In this document: piece by piece, positions 18,795 to 28,126 of the stretch
Position numbering within the stretch: position 1 is the stretch's first letter
Layout: each line of letters opens with the position of its first letter
Origin: an uncultured Desulfosarcina sp.
GTDB lineage: Bacteria; Desulfobacterota; Desulfobacteria; Desulfobacterales; Desulfosarcinaceae
Reading direction: 5' to 3'
Length of the DNA: 64,000 bases
NCBI GenBank assembly: GCA_963674945.2
Contig: CAXXWQ010000003.1
Span: 704,001 to 768,000 of the forward strand
Position numbers and translations under genes: made by a program
The notes under the pieces: generated by a model
What the model saw: only the letters and a program-made list of their open reading frames with translations
Told to the model about the DNA's origin: nothing
The model's database searches: none

Positions 18795-19024
18795 TTTTTT
18801 CCTTTCATTTCAGACACTTTACCTTCCAAAAACCCTTAAAATCCTACTACAAAACTACTACAAAAACAACAGGGATAACCCTTTTTGTTGCGCCATCTCT
18901 GTCAATTGGAAGCATGGGTGTCGACGATGGCGGCAAATTTACAAATTATATCATTCTAATATCAATAATTCTTACGATTAAGCGCTATTTTTAGCAATTC
19001 TGCAAAATTAAGGTGTGATTTTTC

Positions 19025-19051
19025 TTAAGATTTCAGAGTGCGTCCCGATAG
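19025..19051 (+). promoter_or_regulatory. Candidate sigma28 (FliA) promoter
   Basis: TTAA-N15-CCCGATAG vs consensus TAAA-N15-GCCGATAA, upstream of an MCP. Confidence 0.5.
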
Positions 19052-19123
19052 TAGTGTTAGGATCAAACTTTGAATTTGGTTAACTCATTAATATAAAACA
19101 TTAATTACAAAGTTGAGGCACAA

Positions 19124-20785
19124 ATGATGAAATCGATGCGGATATCAAACAAGGTCTGGATCAGCCTGGGAATTTTGATCGTCGGATATTTCATATCCAT
19201 GGTGGCCGGCTACTATCTCGGGCAGAAAACGGAATCCATTGTTCTCCAAGCCTCGGACGCCCTGTTTCCCGCTACCATGAACAGCAACGCGGCCCTGACC
19301 GCCTTCAAGGAACAGATGAAGGGGTACAACGACGCGGTGCTCATGGGGGAAGAGTCCATATTCACGCAGACGAAGGAAAAATCCGAAGAGGTGAAGCAGA
19401 ACCTGACGGACATCGTGAAGATGGAAGGCATCGATACCGCCCTGGCAGCGGACATCAACAAAACCATTTCCGCACTGACCGCATTCACCGCCACGGCCCA
19501 GGAGGTCTACGGTGCCATCAGCCGCGGCGAGTCGTCAGGAAACGACAAGCAGATGGCGCAACTGGCCGAGCAGACCCAGGGGATCCAAGAATCCCTGGCC
19601 CGATACAAATCCGAGCTGTCCAAACAACTCAAAGACGAACTGACCCGCATCGGAACCAGCTCCAAAACCCAGCGAATGATGAACATCTGGTTCTTTGTGG
19701 CCGTCGTTGCGTTCGCCCTGGTATTTGTCTGGTTCATCGTAACCAGAGCCATTACCCGCCCCTTGAACAACACGGTAACCATGTTGCGTGACATCGCCGA
19801 GGGGGAAGGCGACCTGACCAAGCGGTTGAACATTGCCTCCAATGACGAGGTGGGGGAAGTGGCCAAGTGGTTCAACACCTTCATCGAGAAGCTGCAAACC
19901 ATCATCCGCGATTTTTCGGACAATGCCAATGGATTGAACGACGCATCCAACAATCTGGCCAAACTGTCCGAGCACATGTCCCAGGAGGCGACGGACATGT
20001 CGTCCAAGTCCGATGCCGTATCCAGATCCACCGAGGAGATGAGCTCCAATCTCAACAACGTGGCCGCCGCCATGGAACAGTCGAGCACCAACACGTCCAT
20101 GGTCGCTTCTGCCGCCGAGGAGATGAACACCACCATCAACAATATCGCCCAGAACGCGGACCAGGCCCGCTCGATCTCCAATGACGCGGTTCAGCAGACC
20201 AAGAACGCGGCCGAAAAAATGAGCGCCCTGGGCAATGCGGTCCAGGCCATCGGCAAGGTGACCGAAACCATCAACGAGATATCGGAGCAGACCAATCTGC
20301 TGGCCCTCAACGCCACCATCGAAGCCGCCCGTGCAGGCGAGGCAGGCAAGGGGTTTGCCGTGGTGGCCAACGAGATCAAGGAGTTGGCCAAGCAGACCGC
20401 AGCGGCTACCGGCGATATCAGGAGCCAGATCGAAGCCGTCCAGTCGACGACGGCGGACACGGTGGAGGAGATCAACCAGATCAGCGCGGTCATCGACACC
20501 ATCAACGAAAACGTCGCCACCATCGCCAACGCGGTGGAGGAACAGAGCGCCACCACCAGAGAAATTGCCAACAACATTGCCCAGGCGTCCGAGGGAATCA
20601 ATGAAGTCAACGTCAACGTGAATGACTCGTCTGCCACGGCCTCCCGGGTCACCGGCACCATCGGTGAGGTGAGTCTGTCGGCCAACGAAATCTCCAACAG
20701 CAGCGAACAGGTCAACCTCAGTGCCCAGGGGTTAAAGGATATGGCAACCAAACTCAACGAAATCGTCAGCCGTTTTAAAGTATAG
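19124..20785 (+). CDS. Methyl-accepting chemotaxis protein (TM-helical sensor-TM-HAMP-signalling domain)
   Basis: [47 protein letters not shown]. Confidence 0.95.
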   Translation: MMKSMRISNKVWISLGILIVGYFISMVAGYYLGQKTESIVLQASDALFPATMNSNAALTAFKEQMKGYNDAVLMGEESIFTQTKEKSEEVKQNLTDIVKMEGIDTALAADINKTISALTAFTATAQEVYGAISRGESSGNDKQMAQLAEQTQGIQESLARYKSELSKQLKDELTRIGTSSKTQRMMNIWFFVAVVAFALVFVWFIVTRAITRPLNNTVTMLRDIAEGEGDLTKRLNIASNDEVGEVAKWFNTFIEKLQTIIRDFSDNANGLNDASNNLAKLSEHMSQEATDMSSKSDAVSRSTEEMSSNLNNVAAAMEQSSTNTSMVASAAEEMNTTINNIAQNADQARSISNDAVQQTKNAAEKMSALGNAVQAIGKVTETINEISEQTNLLALNATIEAARAGEAGKGFAVVANEIKELAKQTAAATGDIRSQIEAVQSTTADTVEEINQISAVIDTINENVATIANAVEEQSATTREIANNIAQASEGINEVNVNVNDSSATASRVTGTIGEVSLSANEISNSSEQVNLSAQGLKDMATKLNEIVSRFKV

Positions 20786-20887
20786 CACCAGCCAGTTGAA
20801 AGATGTAGATCGATTTTTTTTCTCATTTGCTTACGGAACCTCGATGATCATTCGTTTTAACTTAAATCAACTCAGGAGGAAGAAAAT

Positions 20888-21334
20888 ATGAGAAAAAGGA
20901 CCTCTTTGCTACGAACAGCAATGGCCTTCCTGGTGTTTTCCCTGGCCATCATGGCACTTTGGCAACCGGCGGAGGCGGCCGACGTTCTCGTCATTGCCAA
21001 CAAGAGCGCTCCAGCAGACGCCATGGATGAGGCAGTGATCAAAAATGTGTTTCTGGGAAAAACAACATCCTGGGACGACGGAAGCTCCATGGAATTCGTT
21101 CTCCTGGCCGATGGCCCGGCGCACGAGGCCTTTTTGAAGGGCTTTGTCAAAAAGACGCCTTCCCAGTTCTCCACCTACTGGAAAAAAATGGTGTTCACGG
21201 GAAAAGGCGCTACACCGAAATCATTTGCCACGGAAAGCGAGTTGGTCTCCTATGTGGCCGGCCATGCCGGCGCAGTCGGGTATGTTTCCGGCGCCGCCGA
21301 TGTGACCGCCGTAAAAGTGGTGAACCAGCAATAG
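20888..21334 (+). CDS. Small exported PBP-like protein (PstS-like fragment)
   Basis: Signal peptide ending AEA; VLVIAN, IKNVFLGK..SW.DG, YV....GAVGYV. Confidence 0.7.
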   Translation: MRKRTSLLRTAMAFLVFSLAIMALWQPAEAADVLVIANKSAPADAMDEAVIKNVFLGKTTSWDDGSSMEFVLLADGPAHEAFLKGFVKKTPSQFSTYWKKMVFTGKGATPKSFATESELVSYVAGHAGAVGYVSGAADVTAVKVVNQQ

Positions 21335-21349
21335 GAAAGGAGCGAATCG

Positions 21350-22561
21350 ATGAAACGAAAATATATTGGTGTAATGACACTTTGTGTGTTGGCCGCTGTT
21401 GGCCTCTTGGCAAACGCTGCTGGGGCGATGACGACGGCAGGAGTGGATATCCACGGTTTTATTTCCCAGGGCTTTTTATACAGCGACGAGTACAATTACC
21501 TGGCCCACAACAGCACGGACGGCAGCTTTGAGTACAACGAGTTCGGCATCAACTTTTCCAAAAACCTCACCGACAAGCTTCGCATGGGAATTCAGTTCTT
21601 CAGCCGGGATATCGGAGATGCCAGCAACAACAAGGTTACGGTGGACTGGGCCTACGGCGACTACCGATTCAAGGACTGGCTGGGCGTCCGGGCCGGCAGG
21701 ATCAAACTGCCCATGGGCCTGTACAACGAAATCCGGGACGTGGACATGCTGCGCACCAGTATCGTCCTTCCCCAGGGGATTTATAACGACCTGCTCCGGG
21801 ACACCCTCATCGCCGTGAACGGTGTCGGCCTGTACGGTAACTTCGATTTGGGAGCCGTCGGCGGGTTGGAATACCAGGCCCTCTCCGGTGGTATTTATTC
21901 GGATCCCGATAGCGGCGTCAGCAAGTATATGGATGATGGTGTGGCTGAAATGGGGCTAGAAGCGATCGGGGCTACCGAAAACGGTACCGCCTATGCCGCT
22001 TCGCTCCGATGGGAGACGCCGGTGCCGGGGCTTCGGTTAGGGTACTCCTTTTGGAAGTCGGACCCAACAAATAAAATCGGAGCGAATGGCGTCGTAATGG
22101 CGACCATGGAGGGTACGACCAAGACGCATATCGGTTCCGCCGAATTCGTATGGAACGATCTGACGGTGGTGGGAGAATACCTGCTCCGGCAATCCGATAT
22201 CAAGGTCGGGTCTTCGGACGTGGGCAAAGACATGGAAACCTATTACGTCTCCGCCTCATACGTGTTTACCGACTGGTTCACCCTGGGCGCCTACTATTCC
22301 CTATATTACCCGGACAAGGATGATAAGGACGGCGACGATCTGGTGGCCGCGGACGAGCCCGATCATGGTGCCTGGGAGAAAGACCTGGCCATGACCTTGC
22401 GTTTCGATATCAATCCATACTGGGTGTTCAAGGTCGAGGGGCATTATGTGGACGGAACAGCCCTCGTGTTGGGACTGGACAATCCCGGCAGCAACCCAAA
22501 TAGCCCAAATAGCGAAGACACCTGGTACTATGGTGCCGCCAAGGTCACCTTCAGTTTCTAG
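21350..22561 (+). CDS. Putative outer-membrane beta-barrel/porin
   Basis: Signal peptide, IHGFISQG, VDWAY.DY, RAGRIKLP.GLYNE, amphipathic strands, C-terminal Phe. Confidence 0.7.
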   Translation: MKRKYIGVMTLCVLAAVGLLANAAGAMTTAGVDIHGFISQGFLYSDEYNYLAHNSTDGSFEYNEFGINFSKNLTDKLRMGIQFFSRDIGDASNNKVTVDWAYGDYRFKDWLGVRAGRIKLPMGLYNEIRDVDMLRTSIVLPQGIYNDLLRDTLIAVNGVGLYGNFDLGAVGGLEYQALSGGIYSDPDSGVSKYMDDGVAEMGLEAIGATENGTAYAASLRWETPVPGLRLGYSFWKSDPTNKIGANGVVMATMEGTTKTHIGSAEFVWNDLTVVGEYLLRQSDIKVGSSDVGKDMETYYVSASYVFTDWFTLGAYYSLYYPDKDDKDGDDLVAADEPDHGAWEKDLAMTLRFDINPYWVFKVEGHYVDGTALVLGLDNPGSNPNSPNSEDTWYYGAAKVTFSF

Positions 22562-22709
22562 TTCCCGGATCAGGGACTATTCTGCCCGGTGGGGAAAGCC
22601 CCCACCAGGCAATCCGGTTGACACAACCAAGCGCTATCAATTTGGGGGAGCACGTTGAATTGCAAGCGCTTTCGACTGTTCTTTTCTCCCGTACACATCC
22701 CCCTCTTTC

Positions 22710-22765
22710 ACATCCACTTGCCGGGATTATTCGAACAGGGTAAATTCCGGCAAGTGGATGTTTTT
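22710..22765 (+). terminator. 15-bp perfect hairpin followed by T run
   Basis: ACATCCACTTGCCGG (22710-22724)/CCGGCAAGTGGATGT (22747-22761). Confidence 0.5.
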
Positions 22766-23007
22766 CCGGCCCTGTCTCATATCGCCCGCACTCTTTCAGC
22801 CAAGATAGCCGATTCACCCATATCCTTATTGTCTGCCCCGCTCATTTCTCATCTTTTCCGCAAATCTATGAAACGTGCGATGAATAAAGAGCTTTTCCCG
22901 TTTTTTCCCACCGGTGGGAAAATGGGAAAAAGAATTTTTTCCGCAATGCAATACTGTTTGGCCATCTTTTTCATGACAAAGCCCCCTGTGAGGATGGGAG
23001 GCGTGAG

Positions 23008-23035
23008 TTGAAATTGGTAATTTCGTTGTTATACT
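23008..23035 (+). promoter_or_regulatory. Candidate sigma70 promoter for iscU-iscS
   Basis: TTGAAA-N16-TATACT with TGn extension. Confidence 0.45.
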
Positions 23036-23132
23036 GAATTTTATCGAAAAATTGGCAAGATACCACGATCCCACAATCAATTAAGATCGTATTTCATCGG
23101 GGTAAGTGCCACTTGGCGGCAAGGAGGACGAC

Positions 23133-23651
23133 ATGATGTATTCGCAGACAGTCATGGATCATTTCAGAAATCCGAGAAACGTGGGCGTAATCGACGACGC
23201 CGATGGCGTCGGAGAGGTGGGCAACCCCCTGTGCGGCGACATGATGACCATCTACCTGAAAATCGAAGATGATATTATCAGGGACATCAAGTTCCAGACC
23301 TTCGGATGCGGATCAGCCATCGCTGTCTCCAGCATGCTGACGGAAATGGCCAAAGGGAAAAACCTGGAAGAGGCGAGAAAGATAACCAACAAGGATGTCG
23401 CCGAAGCACTGGAAGGATTACCCAAAAATAAACTTCACTGCTCCAATTTGGGAGCCGATGCCCTGACGGCGGCAATAAAAAATTACGAAGACCGAAAGGC
23501 CGGCAGAATAAAACCGGAACCCATCGAACAGGAAAAACATGCACATCATGACGGTGACAAGTGCTACTGCCCCTATTGTGACGCGGAAGTGGATGGAAAG
23601 GTGGATTTTTGCGTCACCTGTCAATCTGAAATAGAGGTGGAAGAGGATTGA
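23133..23651 (+). CDS. iscU: IscU/NifU-N Fe-S scaffold with C-terminal Cys-rich (zinc-ribbon-like) extension
   Basis: YS..VMDHF.NPRNVG, NPLCGD, FGCGSAIA, KLHCS; AGGAGG RBS; tail CYCPYC..CVTC. Confidence 0.9.
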   Translation: MMYSQTVMDHFRNPRNVGVIDDADGVGEVGNPLCGDMMTIYLKIEDDIIRDIKFQTFGCGSAIAVSSMLTEMAKGKNLEEARKITNKDVAEALEGLPKNKLHCSNLGADALTAAIKNYEDRKAGRIKPEPIEQEKHAHHDGDKCYCPYCDAEVDGKVDFCVTCQSEIEVEED

Positions 23652-23706
23652 TCCGCATCCTTCGATACCAGGTGCCACTCCTATCTGCTGAAGAAAGGAC
23701 AATGCC

Positions 23707-24879
23707 ATGCCGAAAATCAACTTAGACCATATGTCCGCGAACCCGCTGCTGCCGGAGGTGAAAACGGCCATGATCGATGCCATCGGTAAGGATTTCGGTA
23801 ATCCGGCCAGTCAGCACAGTGTGGGGGAAACGGCGGCCCAGGCCCTGGACGCGGCGAGGCAAAGCGTTGCCAGACTGCTCAACTGTGCCGATGAAAGAGA
23901 GGTGGTGTTCACTTCCTGTGGCACGGAATCGGTCAATCACGCCATCAAGGGAGCGGCACTTTCCAATCAAAAAAAAGGCAACCACATCATCACCTCAAAC
24001 ATTGAACATACATCGGTCAACAAGAGTCTGAAACGACTGAAAACCATGGGGTATCATATCACTTCGGTGTCGGTGGACAAATATGGACGGGTGGATCCGC
24101 ATGAGATTGCCGATGCCATTACCGATAAGACCATCCTCGTTTCGATCATGCACAGCAACAATGAAATCGGAACCATCCAACCCATCGAAGAGATTGCCCG
24201 GATCGTAAAGGAGAAAAAGATTCTGCTCCATACCGATGCCGTTGACTCAGTCGGCGTCGTCCCCATCGACGTTCAACGGTTGGGTGCGGATCTGGTCAGT
24301 TTTTCTTCCAATACCTTCCATGGACCGACCGGCGTCGGCGGATTGTACATCCGTCGCGGGACACCGCTCTGGCCGCTTTTGGACGGCGGGATGCAGGAAA
24401 ACAACAAACGGGCCGGCGCCGAGAATCTCGTCGGTATCATCGGTACCGGCGTGGCCGCCGAATATGCCCGAAAAGATATGGACTCCCGAATCGCTCACGC
24501 ACGAAGCCTTCGCAGGCGACTCATCGACAACTTGCCAAACCACTTCGACGAGTATGTCATCAACGGCCACCCGGAGTACTGTCTTCCCAACCTTGTCTCC
24601 ATTTCCATCAAATACATCGAGGGCGAAAGCATTGTGTTGATGCTGGACGACGATGACATCCTCGTCTCCACCCGATCCGCCTGCGCAACCGGCTCACTTC
24701 GGGCATCCCACGTATTGTTGTCCATCGGATTGGGTCATGCCGATGCCCAGGGGACGCTGGTGGCCACCTTCGGAATCGACAACACGGAAAAAGACGTCGA
24801 TGATTTTCTGACCGCCCTGGAAAAAATCGTCAAGACCCTGCGCGACATGTCTCCTCTTTACAAGAAGAAGCAACCGTAG
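23707..24879 (+). CDS. iscS: IscS/NifS-like cysteine desulfurase homolog lacking the PLP lysine
   Basis: GNPAS.H, FTSCGTES, IEH, NNEIGTIQP, SAC loop; SSNTFHGPTG instead of SGHK..GPKG. Confidence 0.85.
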   Translation: MPKINLDHMSANPLLPEVKTAMIDAIGKDFGNPASQHSVGETAAQALDAARQSVARLLNCADEREVVFTSCGTESVNHAIKGAALSNQKKGNHIITSNIEHTSVNKSLKRLKTMGYHITSVSVDKYGRVDPHEIADAITDKTILVSIMHSNNEIGTIQPIEEIARIVKEKKILLHTDAVDSVGVVPIDVQRLGADLVSFSSNTFHGPTGVGGLYIRRGTPLWPLLDGGMQENNKRAGAENLVGIIGTGVAAEYARKDMDSRIAHARSLRRRLIDNLPNHFDEYVINGHPEYCLPNLVSISIKYIEGESIVLMLDDDDILVSTRSACATGSLRASHVLLSIGLGHADAQGTLVATFGIDNTEKDVDDFLTALEKIVKTLRDMSPLYKKKQP

Positions 24880-24942
24880 CGACCATATACACCCCGAGGT
24901 CAATTCCTTCGGAGTGCCTGCAGTAATAATTCCAAACCAACA

Positions 24943-25041
24943 TTGACGGATCCGTAAAATCTCCGCGGATGGGAGCGTCGACGCGCCGGATTACTGTAAC
25001 GACCATCAGAGGCCACGATGGCGTTTACACCGATCCGTCTA
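24943..25041. repeat. Imperfect palindromic intergenic element
   Basis: Ends TTGACGGATCCGTAAAA / TTTACACCGATCCGTCTA; similar to units at 16832-16880. Confidence 0.45.
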
Positions 25042-25103
25042 GTGCGCATCACCTCACCAATTTGAATACATAATATTGATGCAATCCATTTCACTTTGAA
25101 TCA

Positions 25104-25146
25104 TTGACAAAATATCACGGGTATGCTTATAGTGTACTATTGTAGC
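25104..25146 (+). promoter_or_regulatory. Sigma70 promoter with overlapping MarR-type operator
   Basis: TTGACA-N18-TATAGT; pseudo-palindrome ATAGT-GT-ACTAT (25129-25140) over the -10. Confidence 0.6.
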
Positions 25147-25311
25147 AAATAAAAAAATACATTATGTTAGTATGTTATGATTATTCGAAAGAAAAAAGCC
25201 ACATTACTTATGTTTTGTATACAAAAGAAAATTGCTCTCAAAAATAGTTTGAGGTGTAACTATTTTTTCTGGCAAATGCCCCCCCAACATTCTCCCCGAT
25301 GGACATGATCA

Positions 25312-25866
25312 ATGGAAAACAATCGTGACGCCACCAGTGTCTGTGATGACGTGTTGATCGCCATACGCCGCATCATCCAGCGCATTGATCTTCATTCCAA
25401 ACGTCTGGTCAAGCAGTTTGGCCTTACCGGTCCCCAACTCATCATCCTGCGGGAGATCCAACAGGCCGGTGAAATCACGGCAAGCGATATTTCCAAGGCC
25501 ATCAGCGTCAGCCAGGCCACGGTGACGGGCATCTTGGATCGGCTGGAGAAGCGTGGGTATCTGGTCCGGAAGAAAAGCGACAGGGATCGAAGGCGGGTAT
25601 TGGTCAAAATAACATCCGCCGGTGAACATCTGTTGGCTGCCGCGCCGCCCCTGATGCAGGAATCCTTCACCACGCAGTTCGCCAAGCTACAGACATGGGA
25701 ACAACACATGATCCTCAGCGCACTTCATCGACTGGTGACCTTGATGGACGCCAAACAGATCGATGCGGCGCCCTTGTTGACCACAAGCATCCTCGTCCCA
25801 CCATCAGAGGAGTCCAAGGGCATGCCCGAGGCGGGGCCGTATAGGACAACAACCGTAAACCCATAA
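25312..25866 (+). CDS. MarR family regulator (EctR/CosR-like)
   Basis: AIRRII..IDLHSK.L....GLTGPQL, SQATVT.ILDRLE, DRR; heads the proU operon. Confidence 0.88.
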   Translation: MENNRDATSVCDDVLIAIRRIIQRIDLHSKRLVKQFGLTGPQLIILREIQQAGEITASDISKAISVSQATVTGILDRLEKRGYLVRKKSDRDRRRVLVKITSAGEHLLAAAPPLMQESFTTQFAKLQTWEQHMILSALHRLVTLMDAKQIDAAPLLTTSILVPPSEESKGMPEAGPYRTTTVNP

Positions 25867-25884
25867 CCAAATGGTCAAAAAGCT

Positions 25885-27114
25885 ATGGAAAAAATCGTCG
25901 TTAACAACTTGTACAAAATCTTCGGAGACCAACCGCGAAAGGCCATGGGCCTTTTGAAGGAAGGCAAAACAAAGGCGGAAATCCTGGAACGAACGGGCAT
26001 GACCGTCGGGGTGGACAACGCCAATTTTACCATCGAATCCGGTGAAATCTTCGTCATCATGGGTCTGTCCGGCTCCGGCAAATCCACCATCGTCCGTATG
26101 CTCAACCGGCTCATCGAACCCACTGCCGGCAAGGTCATCGTAGACGGAAAGGACGTCATTCAGATGAGCCAGGAAGAACTGGTAAAATTTCGGCTGCACC
26201 ACATGAGCATGGTGTTCCAGTCCTTCGCCCTCATGCCCCACCTGTCGGTTCTGGACAATGCGGCTTTTGGCTTGGAATTGGCCAAAATCGAAAAGAAAAA
26301 GAGAAATGATCGCGCCATGAAGGCCTTGGAACAGGTAGGACTGGCCGGTTGGGAAAACGCATATCCCTCGGAACTCTCCGGTGGCATGCAACAGCGGGTG
26401 GGACTGGCCCGTGGCCTGGCAGTGGATCCGGACATCCTTCTCATGGACGAGGCCTTTTCCGCCTTGGATCCCTTGATCCGAACGGAGATGCAGGACGAAT
26501 TGCTCAAACTCCAGGAAGAGCAGCAACGAACCATCGTATTCATCTCCCACGACCTGGACGAGGCCCTTCGCATCGGCGACCGCATCGCCATCATGGAAGG
26601 AGGCCGGGTGGTTCAGGTGGGAACACCGGAAGAGATCCTGCAAAACCCGGCGGATGATTACGTACGCGCCTTTTTCAGGGGAGTGGATCCGACGAACGTC
26701 ATCTCGGCTGGCGATATCGTCCGCGACACCCACCCAACCTACGTCAAAACCAAAGAGGGAAGTATGCGGGCCACACACGAGCTTCTCAGCAGCAGCGAAC
26801 GTGACCACTGCTACGTGCTGGACGCCAAGCATCGTTTCCTGGGGATCGTCTCGTCCGATTCCCTGCGCGCAGCCATGGAGAACGGCAAACCCGACAAACC
26901 CATCGACCAGGCCTTTTTGGATGGCGGCACGCCGGTCAACCTGAACGACTCCATGCAGGACATTTTGCCTTTCGTTGCTTCCAGCAGCTGGCCCATTCCG
27001 GTGGTTGACGAAAAGGAGGTCTACAAGGGAGTGGTTTCCAAAAACCGATTCTTACGGACCCTGCATCGAACCGAAACCGAAATGGACGAGCAGACGGATA
27101 AGGCCGTCGCGTAA
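25885..27114 (+). CDS. proV: Glycine betaine/proline ABC transporter ATPase
   Basis: GLSGSGKS, LSGGMQQR, MDEAFSALDPLIR, C-terminal CBS pair. Confidence 0.95.
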   Translation: MEKIVVNNLYKIFGDQPRKAMGLLKEGKTKAEILERTGMTVGVDNANFTIESGEIFVIMGLSGSGKSTIVRMLNRLIEPTAGKVIVDGKDVIQMSQEELVKFRLHHMSMVFQSFALMPHLSVLDNAAFGLELAKIEKKKRNDRAMKALEQVGLAGWENAYPSELSGGMQQRVGLARGLAVDPDILLMDEAFSALDPLIRTEMQDELLKLQEEQQRTIVFISHDLDEALRIGDRIAIMEGGRVVQVGTPEEILQNPADDYVRAFFRGVDPTNVISAGDIVRDTHPTYVKTKEGSMRATHELLSSSERDHCYVLDAKHRFLGIVSSDSLRAAMENGKPDKPIDQAFLDGGTPVNLNDSMQDILPFVASSSWPIPVVDEKEVYKGVVSKNRFLRTLHRTETEMDEQTDKAVA

Positions 27115-27226
27115 TCATTGATTCAAGATTGCCGGACCGCACTCTTTTTGCCCTTCGCACATGATTCGCTGCACAGATCATCATCGCGCAGCGTCATGTG
27201 GTCAAACCGAACGTTGGAGAAAGACC

Positions 27227-28057
27227 ATGTTTGAAGACAAAGTCATTCCACTGGATGTCTGGGTTTCCCAGTTCGTCGACTGGCTGGTGGACAACTATCG
27301 AGATTTTTTTCAGGCCATCAAATGGCCCGTGGAGCAAACCTTAACCGGGTTCGATTCCTTATTGAACTGGATTCCCCCTTTCGTTATCATTGTGCTTCTC
27401 GCCGTGGCAGCATGGCGTTTTTCCGGAAAGGGATTGGCCATTTTCACGGTGATCACCATGACCCTGATCGGGCTGCTCGGCCTTTGGGGTGAGACCATGA
27501 CAACCCTTGCCATGGTGCTTTCCGCAGTCATTTTTTGTGCCGTGGTCGGCATCCCCCTGGGCATCATTTCCGGCCGTAGCGACAAATTCGAGGCCTGGAT
27601 GAGGCCGGCACTGGATGCCATGCAGACCACACCGGCCTTCGTCTACCTGGTACCCATCGTCATGCTCTTTTCCGTGGGCAACGTGGCCGGCGTACTGGCA
27701 ACCATCATCTTTTCCCTGCCGCCCATCATCCGCCTCACCAGCCTGGGCATCCGACAGGTTCACCCCGAACTGGTGGAAGCGGCCCAGGCTTTCGGCGCCA
27801 GCCGATGGCAGGTGCTGATTCGGGTTCAGGTCCCCCTGGCCATGCCGACGATTTTGGCCGGGCTCAACCAGACCATCATGATGGCCCTGTCCATGGTCGT
27901 CATCGCGGCGCTCATTGGCGCGGGTGGTTTGGGTTCACCGGTTATTCTGGGGCTGAACACACTGGACATCGGTCGGGCCGTCATCGGTGGACTGGGAATC
28001 GTCTTAATGGCCATCGTATTGGATCGTGTCACACAGTCCATGGCCCAGAAGAGTTAA
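27227..28057 (+). CDS. proW: Glycine betaine/proline ABC transporter permease
   Basis: LDAMQTTPAFVYL, EAA loop, AGLNQTIMMALSMVVIA; start trimmed to MFEDK. Confidence 0.95.
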   Translation: MFEDKVIPLDVWVSQFVDWLVDNYRDFFQAIKWPVEQTLTGFDSLLNWIPPFVIIVLLAVAAWRFSGKGLAIFTVITMTLIGLLGLWGETMTTLAMVLSAVIFCAVVGIPLGIISGRSDKFEAWMRPALDAMQTTPAFVYLVPIVMLFSVGNVAGVLATIIFSLPPIIRLTSLGIRQVHPELVEAAQAFGASRWQVLIRVQVPLAMPTILAGLNQTIMMALSMVVIAALIGAGGLGSPVILGLNTLDIGRAVIGGLGIVLMAIVLDRVTQSMAQKS

Positions 28058-28126
28058 CCTTTATTCGGAATCACCGAAAACGTTCGACACTCATTTTCGC
28101 AACATTATTCTAAAGAGGAGGTTTTT

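Noticed and set aside
22655..23011. 118-aa ORF between porin and iscU
   Set aside because: TTG start, runs through hairpins and a palindrome, no protein-like features
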